Assembly: GCA_035308425.1 (NCBI GenBank)
Contig: DATGGP010000015.1
Location: forward strand, 23,521 to 87,520
Length of the DNA stretch: 64,000 bases
DNA from: Casimicrobiaceae bacterium
GTDB lineage: Bacteria; Pseudomonadota; Gammaproteobacteria; Burkholderiales; Casimicrobiaceae
Direction of reading: 5' to 3'
Shown piece after piece: positions 28,396 through 38,442 of this stretch; the first letter of the stretch is position 1; each line of letters starts with the position of its first letter. The notes beneath the pieces were generated by a model. It was not told where the DNA came from. It did not search any database and worked only from the letters and a program-made list of their open reading frames with translations. The position numbers and the translations under genes were made by a program.

Positions 28396-28452
28396 TGTTC
28401 CAAAAAAACAGGGAGAGCGTTTTCGCTTTTGTCGCTTAACGGAGGAGAAGCC

Positions 28453-29778
28453 ATGAGCAGTTTCAAGCGTCGTGAATTTTTGAAAACGTCCGCCGGGCTT
28501 GCCGCCGGCGCCGCGGTCGGCCCGATGATCTTCGTCAAGGACGCGAACGCGCAGGCGTGGCACAACACGCCGGAGAAGGGCGCGAAGCTTCGCGTCTTGC
28601 GCTGGAGCCAGTTCGTCCCGGCCGACTGGGATATGTATCTCAAGAACGTCAAGAAATTCGAGGACAAGTACCAGATCGAGGTGCGCGTCGACAAGGAAGG
28701 TTGGGAAGACGTGCGTCCGAAAGCGGCCGTCGCCGCGAATACCGGCGCGGGCCCGGACATCATCCTCGGCACGAACGACGATGCGAATCTCTATCCCGAG
28801 AAGCTCGTGGACGTGACCGACGTCTGCAACTACCTCGGCGCCAAATACGGCGGCTTTTATCCGGTCTGCGAGCCGTATCTCAAGCCTGATGGCAAGAAGT
28901 GGATCGGCGTGCCGCTCGGCGTCGCGGGCGTTTGCATGGTGTATCGCCAAAGCGCCGTCAAGGCGGCCGGGTTCGACACGTTCCCGAAGGACACCGACGG
29001 CTTCCTGAAACTCTGCAAGGCGCTCAAGGAGAAGAACACACCGCCCGCGTTCGCGCTGGGCAACGCGACCGGCGACGCGAACACGTGGTGCCAATGGATC
29101 GTCTGGGCCCACGGCGGCAAGCTCGTCGACACCAGCAACAAGGTCGTCATCGACAGCCCCGAGACGCTGAAGGCGCTCGAGTACGTGAAGGATCTCTATC
29201 CGACGTTCGCGCCGGGAACGTTGTCGTGGCTCGATCCGAACAACAACAAGGCGTTCCTCGACAACCAGATCTTCCTCACGAACAACGGAATCTCGATCTA
29301 CTACGCCGCGAAAAATTCGCCGGACCCGAAGCTCAAAGAGATGGCCGCTGACATCTATCACGCGAACATGCCGATCGGGCCCGCCGGCAAGCCGACGGAG
29401 TTCCAGCTCTTCTTCAACCAGATGATCTTCAAGTACAGCAAGTACCCGAAGGCGGCGAAGGAGTTTCTGCGTTTCATGATGGAGCCCGAGCAGATGGACC
29501 CGTGGGTCGAGGCGTCGATCGGTTACGTGACGCCGGCGCTTCGGCACTACGAGAAGAATCCGATCTGGACGGTCGATCCCAAGCACACCCCGTATCGCGA
29601 CTCGATGAAGAACATGCTGCCGTCGGGCTACGCGGGCAAGATGGGCTACGCGTCGGCAGGCGCGCTCGCGGACTTCATCGTCGTCAACATGGTGGCGGAG
29701 GCAGCGTCCGGATCGAAGACGCCGAAGGACGCGGCGGAGCGGGCGCAGAAGCGGGCGGAGCGCTACTACAAGGTTTGA
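28453..29778 (+). CDS. Carbohydrate ABC transporter substrate-binding protein, Tat-exported
   Basis: GGAGGAG RBS; KRREFLK twin-arginine motif; ~440 aa SBP of sugar type. Confidence 0.9.
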   Translation: MSSFKRREFLKTSAGLAAGAAVGPMIFVKDANAQAWHNTPEKGAKLRVLRWSQFVPADWDMYLKNVKKFEDKYQIEVRVDKEGWEDVRPKAAVAANTGAGPDIILGTNDDANLYPEKLVDVTDVCNYLGAKYGGFYPVCEPYLKPDGKKWIGVPLGVAGVCMVYRQSAVKAAGFDTFPKDTDGFLKLCKALKEKNTPPAFALGNATGDANTWCQWIVWAHGGKLVDTSNKVVIDSPETLKALEYVKDLYPTFAPGTLSWLDPNNNKAFLDNQIFLTNNGISIYYAAKNSPDPKLKEMAADIYHANMPIGPAGKPTEFQLFFNQMIFKYSKYPKAAKEFLRFMMEPEQMDPWVEASIGYVTPALRHYEKNPIWTVDPKHTPYRDSMKNMLPSGYAGKMGYASAGALADFIVVNMVAEAASGSKTPKDAAERAQKRAERYYKV

Positions 29779-29841
29779 TATTACGTCGCGCCGGCGAACT
29801 TCGTCGTGCTTGCCATCGACTCATCGGCGCGACGCAATATC
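29777..29841 (+). other. Long intercistronic stem-loop immediately after the SBP stop codon
   Basis: Arms GATATTACGTCGCGCCGGCGA / TCATCGGCGCGACGCAATATC pair at 18 of 21 positions. Confidence 0.65.
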
Positions 29842-30003
29842 GGCGCGCGTTGAACACGGCGCCACGGGCGCCGGTTAACGCGCGCAACACCCGACGCAGC
29901 ACGTTTTGCGCACATAATCACGTCGCCGGACTTCGGCGACTTCGTCGGGTGCGCCGCGCGCCGCGCACCCGGATTTGCTTCCCGGCATTCCACCGTCCTC
30001 TCC

Positions 30004-30912
30004 TTGGCTTCCTTCGCTGCCCGCCTGCAGGACAACCGTAACGCGCTGGGACTTCTGTTCCTGCTGCCGTCGGCGGTGCTGCTGCTCGTGTTCCTCACGT
30101 ACCCGCTCGGTCTCGGCACCTGGCTCGGGTTCACCGACGCGAAGGTCGGGCGGCCCGGCGAGTTCATCGGGCTCGGCAACTTCGATTTCCTCTGGCACGA
30201 CCAGGTCACGCGGCTCGCGCTCTTCAACACGATCTTCTATACGACCATCGCGAGCGTCATCAAATTCGGCCTGGGCCTCTGGCTCGCGCTGATCCTGAAC
30301 GAGCATTTGCCGTTCAAGGCGTTCCTGCGCGCGATCGTCCTCCTGCCGTTCATCGTACCTACGGCGTTATCGGCGATCGCGTTCTGGTGGATCTACGACT
30401 CGCAGTTCTCGATCATCAGTTGGCTGCTCGAGAAGATGGGCCTCATCCACCAGTACATCGACTTTCTCGGCGATCCGTGGAACGCGCGCTTCTCGACGAT
30501 CGCGGCGAACATCTGGCGCGGCGTGCCGTTCGTTGCCATCACGCTGCTTGCGGGCCTGCAGACGATTTCGCCCTCGTACTACGAAGCGGCAAGCCTGGAC
30601 GGCGCATCGCCGTTCCAGCAATTCCGCTACGTCACGCTGCCGCTTCTGACGCCGATCATCGCGGTCGTGATGACCTTCTCGGTGCTGTTCACGTTCACCG
30701 ATTTCCAGTTGATCTACGTGCTGACGCGCGGCGGCCCGCTCAACGCAACGCATTTGATGGCCACGCTTTCGTTCCAGCGCGCGATTCCTGGCGGCAGCCT
30801 GGGCGAGGGCGCGGCGATCGCGACCGCGATGGTGCCGTTCCTGCTTGCCGCGATCCTGATCTCGTACTTCGGCTTGCAACGACGCGCGTGGCAGCAGGGC
30901 GGGAAAGACTGA
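30004..30912 (+). CDS. Carbohydrate ABC transporter permease 1
   Basis: 302 aa, TM helices, EAA motif YEAASLDGAS. TTG start is approximate. Confidence 0.92.
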   Translation: MASFAARLQDNRNALGLLFLLPSAVLLLVFLTYPLGLGTWLGFTDAKVGRPGEFIGLGNFDFLWHDQVTRLALFNTIFYTTIASVIKFGLGLWLALILNEHLPFKAFLRAIVLLPFIVPTALSAIAFWWIYDSQFSIISWLLEKMGLIHQYIDFLGDPWNARFSTIAANIWRGVPFVAITLLAGLQTISPSYYEAASLDGASPFQQFRYVTLPLLTPIIAVVMTFSVLFTFTDFQLIYVLTRGGPLNATHLMATLSFQRAIPGGSLGEGAAIATAMVPFLLAAILISYFGLQRRAWQQGGKD

Positions 30913-30917
30913 GCTCG

Positions 30918-31805
30918 ATGGCTGCCACCATCGCCACGCCGCGCGTGACCGACTCCGAGGGGATGAGCTATCTCGTCTCGCTGCCGCGGCGGATTGTCAC
31001 GATCTGGATTCCGCTTGGCGTATTCCTGATCGTGCTGCTGTTTCCGTTCTATTGGATGGTCGTCACGAGCGTGAAGCCCGACGACGAGCTGCTCTCGCGC
31101 GAAGGGAATCCGTTCTGGGTCCACCATCCGACGTTCGCGCATATCCATAAGCTGTTCTTCGAGACCTCGTATCCCGAGTGGTTGTGGAACACGCTGTTGA
31201 TCTCGGTCGTGTCGACGTTGGTTTCGATCGCGTGCAGCGTCCTTGCCGCGTATGCGATCGAGCGGCTGCGCTTTCGCGGCTCGCGCCTCGTCGGCATGGC
31301 GATCTTCCTCGCGTACCTGGTGCCGCCGTCGATCCTGTTCATTCCGCTCGCCACGATGGTGTACGAACTGCATCTGTTCGACACGCGGCTTGCGCTGATC
31401 CTCACTTATCCCACGTTCCTGATCCCGTTCTGCACCTGGCTTCTGATGGGCTATTTCAAGACGATCCCGTTCGAGCTCGAGGAGTGCGCGCTGATCGACG
31501 GCGCGAGCCGCTGGCAGATTCTCGTGCGGATCGTCCTGCCGCTCGCGGTGCCGGGACTCATTTCCGCCGGCATCTTTGCGTTCACGCTGTCGTGGAACGA
31601 GTTCATCTACGCGCTGACGTTCATTTCGTCGTCCGAAGTGAAGACCGTGCCGATCGGGGTCGTGACCGAACTGGTCGAAGGCGACGTCTACCACTGGGGA
31701 TCGCTGATGGCCGGTGCGTTGTTCGGATCGCTGCCCGTCGCGATCCTGTACTCGTTCTTCGTCGAGTACTACGTCTCCGGGCTCACCGGGGCCGTGAAGG
31801 AGTAG
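30918..31805 (+). CDS. Carbohydrate ABC transporter permease 2
   Basis: ELEECALIDGAS EAA motif and SWNEFIYA. Confidence 0.92.
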   Translation: MAATIATPRVTDSEGMSYLVSLPRRIVTIWIPLGVFLIVLLFPFYWMVVTSVKPDDELLSREGNPFWVHHPTFAHIHKLFFETSYPEWLWNTLLISVVSTLVSIACSVLAAYAIERLRFRGSRLVGMAIFLAYLVPPSILFIPLATMVYELHLFDTRLALILTYPTFLIPFCTWLLMGYFKTIPFELEECALIDGASRWQILVRIVLPLAVPGLISAGIFAFTLSWNEFIYALTFISSSEVKTVPIGVVTELVEGDVYHWGSLMAGALFGSLPVAILYSFFVEYYVSGLTGAVKE

Positions 31806-31828
31806 TTCCTTGAAGCCCCGGCCGTCGG

Positions 31829-31959
31829 CCGATTAAAAGGGGCCAGGGTCGGATTTCCGGACCCTGTCGCGTCCTTTGTGCGGGGGGCAGTGCACGGAAA
31901 TTCGACCTTGGCCCCTTTTAATCGGAGCCCGGAAATCCGACCCTGGCCCCTTTCAATCG
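31829..31959. repeat. Cluster of three ~31-bp repeats (one forward, two reverse), REP/BIME-like
   Basis: CCGATTAAAAGGGGCCAGGGTCGGATTTCCG(G) at 31829-31860, with reverse copies at 31895-31925 (2 mismatches) and 31929-31959 (1 mismatch). Confidence 0.9.
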
Positions 31960-32046
31960 CCGGAAGACAAGACGCTTGTGACCGAAGCCGTCCGGCCGCA
32001 TGTGGGTAGAATCCACTATCGAGCGGACCGATTCGGGAGCTACCAC

Positions 32047-32367
32047 ATGAGCGACATCAAGGACACGATCAAGGACCAGGTCAGGCAGAACCGGGTCGTC
32101 CTCTACATGAAGGGGACGCCGGACTTCCCTCAATGCGGCTTCTCGGCAACGGCGACCGAAATCCTCCGCCGCTGCGGCGTCGATCAATTCGCGTCGTTCA
32201 ACGTCCTTGCCGACGACGATCTCCGCCACGGCATCAAGGCATTCTCGAACTGGCCGACGATCCCGCAGCTTTACGTCGACGGCGAATTCGTCGGCGGTTG
32301 CGACATCATGCGCGAGATGTACCAGTCGGGCGAGTTGCAGAAGCTTCTCGCGAAGGAGCCCGCCTGA
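32047..32367 (+). CDS. grxD: Monothiol glutaredoxin (Grx4)
   Basis: MKGTPDFPQCGFS and WPTIPQLYVDGEFVGGCDI motifs. Confidence 0.95.
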   Translation: MSDIKDTIKDQVRQNRVVLYMKGTPDFPQCGFSATATEILRRCGVDQFASFNVLADDDLRHGIKAFSNWPTIPQLYVDGEFVGGCDIMREMYQSGELQKLLAKEPA

Positions 32368-32418
32368 TCGAAGCGGCGCCGCGCCCGGCGGGTTAGCCGG
32401 GGATCGCTGACCGCGGAC

Positions 32419-34554
32419 CTACGTCCGCGCGCGCTGCACGCGCCGCACGTGCGGGATCCGGTGGAGCGCGCGCATCACGTTCGCGAGGTGGCGGCGATCG
32501 CGCACCTGCACGCCGAAGAACATCGCGACGTCGTTTCCGTCGGGACGCTCCATCGACACCGTATCGATATTCGCGTCCGCGTTGCCGACCGCGGTCGCGA
32601 GGTCCGCGAGCAAGCCTCGGCGATCGGCGACCAGCACGCGAAGCCCCGACTCGAACACGCCCTGCACGTCGGAGGCCCACTCGACGTCGACCAACTCGCT
32701 GCCATCGATGCGCTGCTTGCGAAGCGTTGCGCAATCGCGCAGGTGGACCATCAGTCCCTGTCCCTTGCGAAACTGCCCGACGATCGCGTCGCCCGGCACG
32801 GGTCGGCAGCATTTCGCGTACTGAATCGCCACCCCTTCGACGCCACGCAGCGTCAATGCCGCGGGCTTCGTGGACGTGCCCTGTGGAGAATGCGTCGGTT
32901 CGTCGGCCTTGCCGGGCTGGCGCGTAAGCGCCTGCGCGACGACGAACGACAGCCGCTTGCCGAGACCGATGTCGGCGAGAATTTCGAGCTCGCTCTTCGC
33001 GCCGTATTCTTTCGCGAGCGCCTCCCAGCGCTCCCATGTGATCGACTCGGGCTCGACCTTGAGTGTCGCGAGTGCCTGGTTCAGGAGCCGCTCGCCGAGC
33101 GCCGCCGATTCCTTCTGTTGCAGGCTTTTCAGGTAATGCCGAATCCGCGAACGCGCCTTGCCGGTGGCGACGAACGACAGCCACGACGGATTGGGGCGTG
33201 CGGTCGGCGAGGTCAGGATCTCGACGTGGTCGCCGTTCTTGAGCTCGGTGCGCAGCGGCAATAGCTCGTAGTTGATCCGCGCCGCGACGCAATGATGGCC
33301 GATGTCGGTGTGCACGCCATACGCGAAATCGACCGCGGTGGCGCCGCGTGGCAGCGCCATGATCTTGCCCTTCGGCGTGAAGAGGTAGATCTCGTCGGGG
33401 AAGAGGTCGCCCTTGACGTGCTCGAGAAATTCCTTCGAATCGCGCGACTCGGACTGGATTTCGAGCAGGCTTTGGAGCCAGCGATGCGTCTCGCGCTGCG
33501 CTTCCGCGAGATCGAGCTGACCGCCCGACTTGTAGAGCCAGTGCGCCGCGACACCCGCTTCGGCGACGCGATGCATGTCGTGCGTGCGCAATTGCGCTTC
33601 GAGCGGCGTGCCGAACGGCCCGAACAGCGTCGTGTGCAGCGACTGATAGCCGTTCGCCTTCGGGATCGCGATGTAGTCCTTGAACTTGCCGGGAATCGGC
33701 TTGTACAGCTCGTGCAACACACCGAGCGCCGCGTAGCACGTCGGTTTGTCGGCGACGAGCACGCGCACGCCGTAGATGTCGAACACCTGCGAGAACGTGT
33801 AGTGCTTCTCGCGCATCTTCTTGTAGACCGAAAAGACGGTCTTCTCGCGGCCGGTGACCACCGCGGCGATGTTTGCGCGTGCGAGCCCGTCGCGGATGAC
33901 GTCGAGCAAGCGGTTCATCACCTCGCGGCGGTTGCCGCGGGCGGTCTTGATCGCGTGCGCGAGGATTCGATAGCGCAGCGGATAGAGGTGCTTGAACGAG
34001 AGATCCTGCAGCTCGAGAAACAGCGCGTTCAGGCCGAGGCGGTTCGCGATCGGCGCGTAGATGTCCATCGTTTCGCGCGCGATCCGCTTGCGATGTCCGG
34101 GCGCCATCGCGTCGAGCGTGCGCATGTTGTGCAGCCGATCCGCGAGCTTGATCAGGATGACGCGCACGTCGCGCGCCATCGCGAGCAGCATCTTGCGAAA
34201 GCTCTCGGCCTGCGCATCCTCGCGCGTCGCGAACTCGATCTGGTCGAGCTTCGAGAGCCCGTCGACGATTGCGGCGACCGGCTTGCCGAACGTCGTCTCG
34301 ATCTCGCTGCGCTTCACCGACGTGTCTTCCATCACGTCGTGCAGGAGCGCGGCCGCCAACCCCTCCGCGTCGAGACGCCACTCGGAGAGGATGCTCGCGA
34401 CCGCGAGCGGATGCGTGATGAACGGCTCGCCGGACTTTCGGAACTGTCCGCGGTGCGCCGATTCGGAGAACTCGAATGCGCGCTCGACGAGCGCGATGTC
34501 GCGCGGCACCATGTAATGCCCGAGGTGCCGCGTGAATTCGGCAATCTCGGACAT
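32419..34554 (-). CDS. spoT: Bifunctional (p)ppGpp synthetase/hydrolase
   Basis: 711 aa; HD domain (HPLAVA, LLHDVMED), KPKxNGYQSLHT-like synthetase motif, TGS and ACT domains. Lies downstream of gmk-rpoZ. Confidence 0.95.
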   Translation of the reverse strand: MSEIAEFTRHLGHYMVPRDIALVERAFEFSESAHRGQFRKSGEPFITHPLAVASILSEWRLDAEGLAAALLHDVMEDTSVKRSEIETTFGKPVAAIVDGLSKLDQIEFATREDAQAESFRKMLLAMARDVRVILIKLADRLHNMRTLDAMAPGHRKRIARETMDIYAPIANRLGLNALFLELQDLSFKHLYPLRYRILAHAIKTARGNRREVMNRLLDVIRDGLARANIAAVVTGREKTVFSVYKKMREKHYTFSQVFDIYGVRVLVADKPTCYAALGVLHELYKPIPGKFKDYIAIPKANGYQSLHTTLFGPFGTPLEAQLRTHDMHRVAEAGVAAHWLYKSGGQLDLAEAQRETHRWLQSLLEIQSESRDSKEFLEHVKGDLFPDEIYLFTPKGKIMALPRGATAVDFAYGVHTDIGHHCVAARINYELLPLRTELKNGDHVEILTSPTARPNPSWLSFVATGKARSRIRHYLKSLQQKESAALGERLLNQALATLKVEPESITWERWEALAKEYGAKSELEILADIGLGKRLSFVVAQALTRQPGKADEPTHSPQGTSTKPAALTLRGVEGVAIQYAKCCRPVPGDAIVGQFRKGQGLMVHLRDCATLRKQRIDGSELVDVEWASDVQGVFESGLRVLVADRRGLLADLATAVGNADANIDTVSMERPDGNDVAMFFGVQVRDRRHLANVMRALHRIPHVRRVQRART

Positions 34555-34574
34555 CGGGCGAAGCGCTGTCCCGG

Positions 34575-34793
34575 TCAGATCGTCGGGGTCGGCGCCATCT
34601 TGTGCAGCATTTCGATGCCGACCTTGCCGGCCGCGAGCTCGCGCAGCGCGATGACCGTCGGTTTGTCGCGGTCAGGCTCGACCAGGGGCGCTGCGCCCGA
34701 CGTGATCTGGCGTGCGCGGTTGGTGGCCGCGAGCGTGAGCTCGAAGCGGTTGGGAATCCTGGCGAGAACGTCGTCGATCGTGATGCGTGCCAT
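34575..34793 (-). CDS. rpoZ: RNA polymerase omega subunit
   Basis: [32 protein letters not shown]; 72 aa. Confidence 0.95.
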   Translation of the reverse strand: MARITIDDVLARIPNRFELTLAATNRARQITSGAAPLVEPDRDKPTVIALRELAAGKVGIEMLHKMAPTPTI

Positions 34794-34801
34794 GGTGACC
34801 T

Positions 34802-35449
34802 TCAGGAATCTCGGGAGAGGAGTTGCGCGAGCACCTTCGCGTGGCGAGCCTGCTGTCGAGCCGACGTGAGCCGCGCCGCACGAACGATTGCGGACAGGTC
34901 GTCGACTGCGCGCGCAAAGTCCTGATTCATAATAACATAGTCGAACTCGCCGCAGTGGCGGATCTCCTCGATCGCGGCGGCGAGCCGCTTCTCGATCACG
35001 TCGCTCGCATCCTGCGCGCGCTTCATCAGGCGCTCCTCCAGCGCTGCGAGCGAGGGCGGCAGTATGAAGATGTGCACGGAGTCGGGAATCAGGCGGCGTA
35101 CCTGCGCGGCACCCTGCCAATCGATTTCCAACAGCACGTCCTGGCCCGCCGTGACCTGGGCTTTGAGCCAGGTCGCCGATGTAGCGTACCAATTGCCGTG
35201 GACAAACGCGTACTCGAGAAATTCGCCTTTCGCGCGCAGCGCCTCGAACGTTTGCACGTCGATGAAGTGATAGTGCCGTCCCTCCGATTCGCCGGGGCGC
35301 GGTGGGCGCGTCGTGTACGACACGGACAACCGAATGCCCGGCTCGCGCTCGAGAAGCGCATTGACCATGCTGCTCTTGCCGCCGCCCGACGGCGCGGCAA
35401 CGACGAACAGTACGCCCGACGCACCCGGGGCCTGCGTCGTGATCGTCAC
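34802..35449 (-). CDS. gmk: Guanylate kinase
   Basis: [28 protein letters not shown] and LEIDWQGA motifs. Confidence 0.95.
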   Translation of the reverse strand: MTITTQAPGASGVLFVVAAPSGGGKSSMVNALLEREPGIRLSVSYTTRPPRPGESEGRHYHFIDVQTFEALRAKGEFLEYAFVHGNWYATSATWLKAQVTAGQDVLLEIDWQGAAQVRRLIPDSVHIFILPPSLAALEERLMKRAQDASDVIEKRLAAAIEEIRHCGEFDYVIMNQDFARAVDDLSAIVRAARLTSARQQARHAKVLAQLLSRDS

Positions 35450-35531
35450 GCGCGAAGAGCGGCAGGATTGCGGCGGGACATCGCCGTAATGTTACCAATC
35501 GACGCGCGGGCTCACGGCAGAGAACCTCGCG

Positions 35532-36398
35532 TTACTCGAGATTCTGCACCTGCTCGCGCATCTGCTCGATCAGCACCTTGAGCTCGAGCGACACCTGCGA
35601 AAGCTCGGCGTCGATCGACTTGGAACCGAGCGTGTTCGCCTCGCGATGCAACTCCTGCGCGAGGAAATCGAGGCGCTTGCCGACGCTGCCGCCCTGCGCC
35701 AGCACCCGCCGCACCTCGGCAACGTGCGTCGCGAGGCGCGCGACTTCCTCGGCGACGTCGATCTTCGTCGCGAAGAACGCGAGCTCCTGCTTCAGGCGAT
35801 CTTCGTTGGGATCGAGACCCGCTTCCGCGAGGCGCGCGCCGAGCTTCGACAGGAACGCCGCGTGGAGCGCGGGAATTCGAGGCGCGACGCGTGCGATCTG
35901 GGTCTCGATGTCCGCGCATCGCGCATCGAGCACCTCGCGAAGCCTTGCGCCTTCGCGCGCGCGCGCTGCGGTCAGTTCCGAGAGCGCCTGCTGGACGAGG
36001 GTGTCGACCTGCTCGGCGAGCGCTTCCTGAGATATCGCCGCATCGACCATCACGCCGGGCCAGCGCAGGATGTCGGCCGCCGTGAGCGGCGGCGTGCCGG
36101 GGATCGTGCGCGCGACCGCCGCAGCCGCGCCCGCGATCTGCTGCACGCGCTCGGTGTTGATGGCGATCGTCCCTGATGCGCCGAGCGTGCGCAAAAGCGT
36201 CACGCGGCATTCGAGCTTGCCGCGCCGTTGCGCCGACGCGAGCCGTTCGCGGAGCGGCGATTCCAGCATACGCAATTCCTCGGGCAGCTTGACAGTGACG
36301 TCGAGGTAGCGGTGATTGACCGACCGAAGCTCGACAGCAAGCGAAATGCCCGGCAGCTCCGCGCTCGCGGACGCGAAGCCCGTCATGCTGAGAATCAT
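35532..36398 (-). CDS. yicC: YicC/YloC-family endoribonuclease
   Basis: MILSMTGFA, RSVNHRYLD and GKRLDFLAQELHREANTLGSK motifs. Confidence 0.93.
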   Translation of the reverse strand: MILSMTGFASASAELPGISLAVELRSVNHRYLDVTVKLPEELRMLESPLRERLASAQRRGKLECRVTLLRTLGASGTIAINTERVQQIAGAAAAVARTIPGTPPLTAADILRWPGVMVDAAISQEALAEQVDTLVQQALSELTAARAREGARLREVLDARCADIETQIARVAPRIPALHAAFLSKLGARLAEAGLDPNEDRLKQELAFFATKIDVAEEVARLATHVAEVRRVLAQGGSVGKRLDFLAQELHREANTLGSKSIDAELSQVSLELKVLIEQMREQVQNLE

Positions 36399-36571
36399 CG
36401 TGAAACGAATGGTCGAAATGCCGGCATGATCGTCGATTCCCGCTTTACAGTGAGCATTCGCATCGGGAGAATGTATGCGCTGCGCGCTCCTCGCGCAAGG
36501 CAGCGAGGAGTTCTGGCACGCCGCTTGCGGCGTCCACATATCGCGCGCGTCCACCGCCTACCTGTTCCCCG

Positions 36572-37510
36572 ATGGCCGTCACCAATCAAGCGCTGCCGAG
36601 CAGCTACGCGCTTCTCAATTACCGCATCGATCGCCAGATCAGCCGGGGCGGCTTTTCGATCGTATACCGGGCGTTCGACGAGACCGGCCAGCCGGTCGCG
36701 ATCAAGGAATATCTGCCGTCGTCGCTCGTGCTTCGTACCGAGGGCGACATCGTGCGCGCGAGCTCGGCCGAGAACCTGACCTCGTTCCGCTACGGGATGA
36801 AGTGCTTTTTCGAGGAAGGCCGGGCGCTCGCGAAGATCAACCATCCGAACGTCGTGCGCGTGCTGAACTTCTTCCGCGCGAACGAGACCGTGTACATGGT
36901 GATGCGCTACGAGCGCGGGCGCACGCTGCAACAGCAGATCCAGATGCGCCAGGACCAGATGTCCGAGCGGTTCGTGCGGCACGTGTTCATGCAGCTTCTG
37001 AACGGGCTGCGCGAGGTGCATACGCACAAGGTCCTGCACCTCGATATCAAGCCGGCGAACATTTACCTGCGCACCGACGGCAGCCCGGTGTTGCTCGATT
37101 TTGGCGCCGCGCGCCAGACGCTCACGACCAACCGGCCCAAGCTCGCGCCGATGTACACGCCGGGCTTCGCCGCGCCCGAGCAGTACCGCGATCACGACCG
37201 GCTCGGACCGTGGACCGACGTCTACGGCACCGGCGCGTCGATGTTCGCGTGCCTCGCCGCCTTCGCCCCGCAGGCCGCCGACGCGCGCTTGCAGGAAGAC
37301 CATCTCGTCTCGGCGAAGAAGATCTGGTCCGGCCAGTACTCCGACAATCTGCTCGAAGTGATCGACTGGTGCCTGCGCCTCGATCCGCTCGAGCGTCCGC
37401 AAAGCATTTTCGCGCTGCAGCGCGCGATACGCGATATCGCGCCGATCAAGCGCAAGCTCACCTTCTTCGGCAATCTGAAGCGCCTGCTATTCTCCGAGAT
37501 CGGCGTCTAG
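36572..37510 (+). CDS. Hanks-type Ser/Thr protein kinase (cytoplasmic)
   Basis: GGFSIVY, VAIKEY, HLDIKPANI, LLDFGAAR and APEQY motifs; no TM or sensor domain. Confidence 0.93.
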   Translation: MAVTNQALPSSYALLNYRIDRQISRGGFSIVYRAFDETGQPVAIKEYLPSSLVLRTEGDIVRASSAENLTSFRYGMKCFFEEGRALAKINHPNVVRVLNFFRANETVYMVMRYERGRTLQQQIQMRQDQMSERFVRHVFMQLLNGLREVHTHKVLHLDIKPANIYLRTDGSPVLLDFGAARQTLTTNRPKLAPMYTPGFAAPEQYRDHDRLGPWTDVYGTGASMFACLAAFAPQAADARLQEDHLVSAKKIWSGQYSDNLLEVIDWCLRLDPLERPQSIFALQRAIRDIAPIKRKLTFFGNLKRLLFSEIGV

Positions 37511-37520
37511 GTTCTCGCGC

Positions 37521-38435
37521 ATGCGTTTCACGATCTTCCAGGAATCCCGCAAGGGCGCGCGCGAGGTCAACCAGGACCGCATCGCGTACACGTACAGCCG
37601 CGAGACGCTGCTTCTCGTCATCGCCGATGGCATGGGTGGCCACGTCGGCGGCGAGATCGCGGCGCAGATCGCCGTGCGCCTTTTCATCGAGCGCTTCCAC
37701 CAGGAAGCGAAGCCGATCCTGCGCAATCCGATGAAGTTCATGCAGGACACGATGCTTCGCGCGCACGCGGCGCTCGGCTCGTACGCGAGCCAGTTCTCGA
37801 TGCTCGAAACGCCGCGTACGACCTGCGTTGCCGTCGTCGTGCAGGGCGATCATGCGTACTGGACGCACGCCGGCGACTCGCGTTTCTATCTATTGCGGCA
37901 GGGTCGGCTGATCGGGTCGACGAAGGATCACTCGAAGGTCCAGTACCTCGTCGACCAGGGACTGATCAAGCCCGAGGAAGTGCTGATGCATCCCGACCGC
38001 AACAAGATCTTCAGTTGCCTCGGCGGCGCCAGCGAGCCGGTCATCGACATGTCGCGGCGCACGGCATTGCAAAACGGCGACATCATGATCCTTTGCACCG
38101 ACGGGCTCTGGAACGTCTTCCCGCATCGCGAAATGGCGACGATGCTGACATCGACGCCGATCCTGACAACGGCGCCGCAGATGATGCGCGAGGCCGAGAG
38201 TCGGGCGGGCCCCGAAGGCGACAATCTGTCGGCGATCGTCGTGCGCTGGGGTCCGGAAACGCTGGCCGAAGAGCCGACGACGACGGACAATCTCGAGCTC
38301 GGGCAGTTCGAGACGCAGGTCGACGCGACGGTGACGCTCGCCGATCGCGCCGGCGGTCCACGCGATTTGACCGACGACGAGATCGAGCGCGCGATCGCGG
38401 AGATACAGGCGACGATACAAAAATACAGGAAGTAA
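37521..38435 (+). CDS. PP2C-family Ser/Thr protein phosphatase
   Basis: NQDR, IADGMGGH, HAGDSR, CTDGLW and GDNLS motifs. Confidence 0.93.
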   Translation: MRFTIFQESRKGAREVNQDRIAYTYSRETLLLVIADGMGGHVGGEIAAQIAVRLFIERFHQEAKPILRNPMKFMQDTMLRAHAALGSYASQFSMLETPRTTCVAVVVQGDHAYWTHAGDSRFYLLRQGRLIGSTKDHSKVQYLVDQGLIKPEEVLMHPDRNKIFSCLGGASEPVIDMSRRTALQNGDIMILCTDGLWNVFPHREMATMLTSTPILTTAPQMMREAESRAGPEGDNLSAIVVRWGPETLAEEPTTTDNLELGQFETQVDATVTLADRAGGPRDLTDDEIERAIAEIQATIQKYRK

Positions 38436-38442
38436 TATCGAT

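Noticed and set aside
31829-31959. Three ~31-bp repeats as a mini CRISPR array
   Set aside because: Mixed orientations, spacers of 34 and 3 nt, and no cas genes; not CRISPR.
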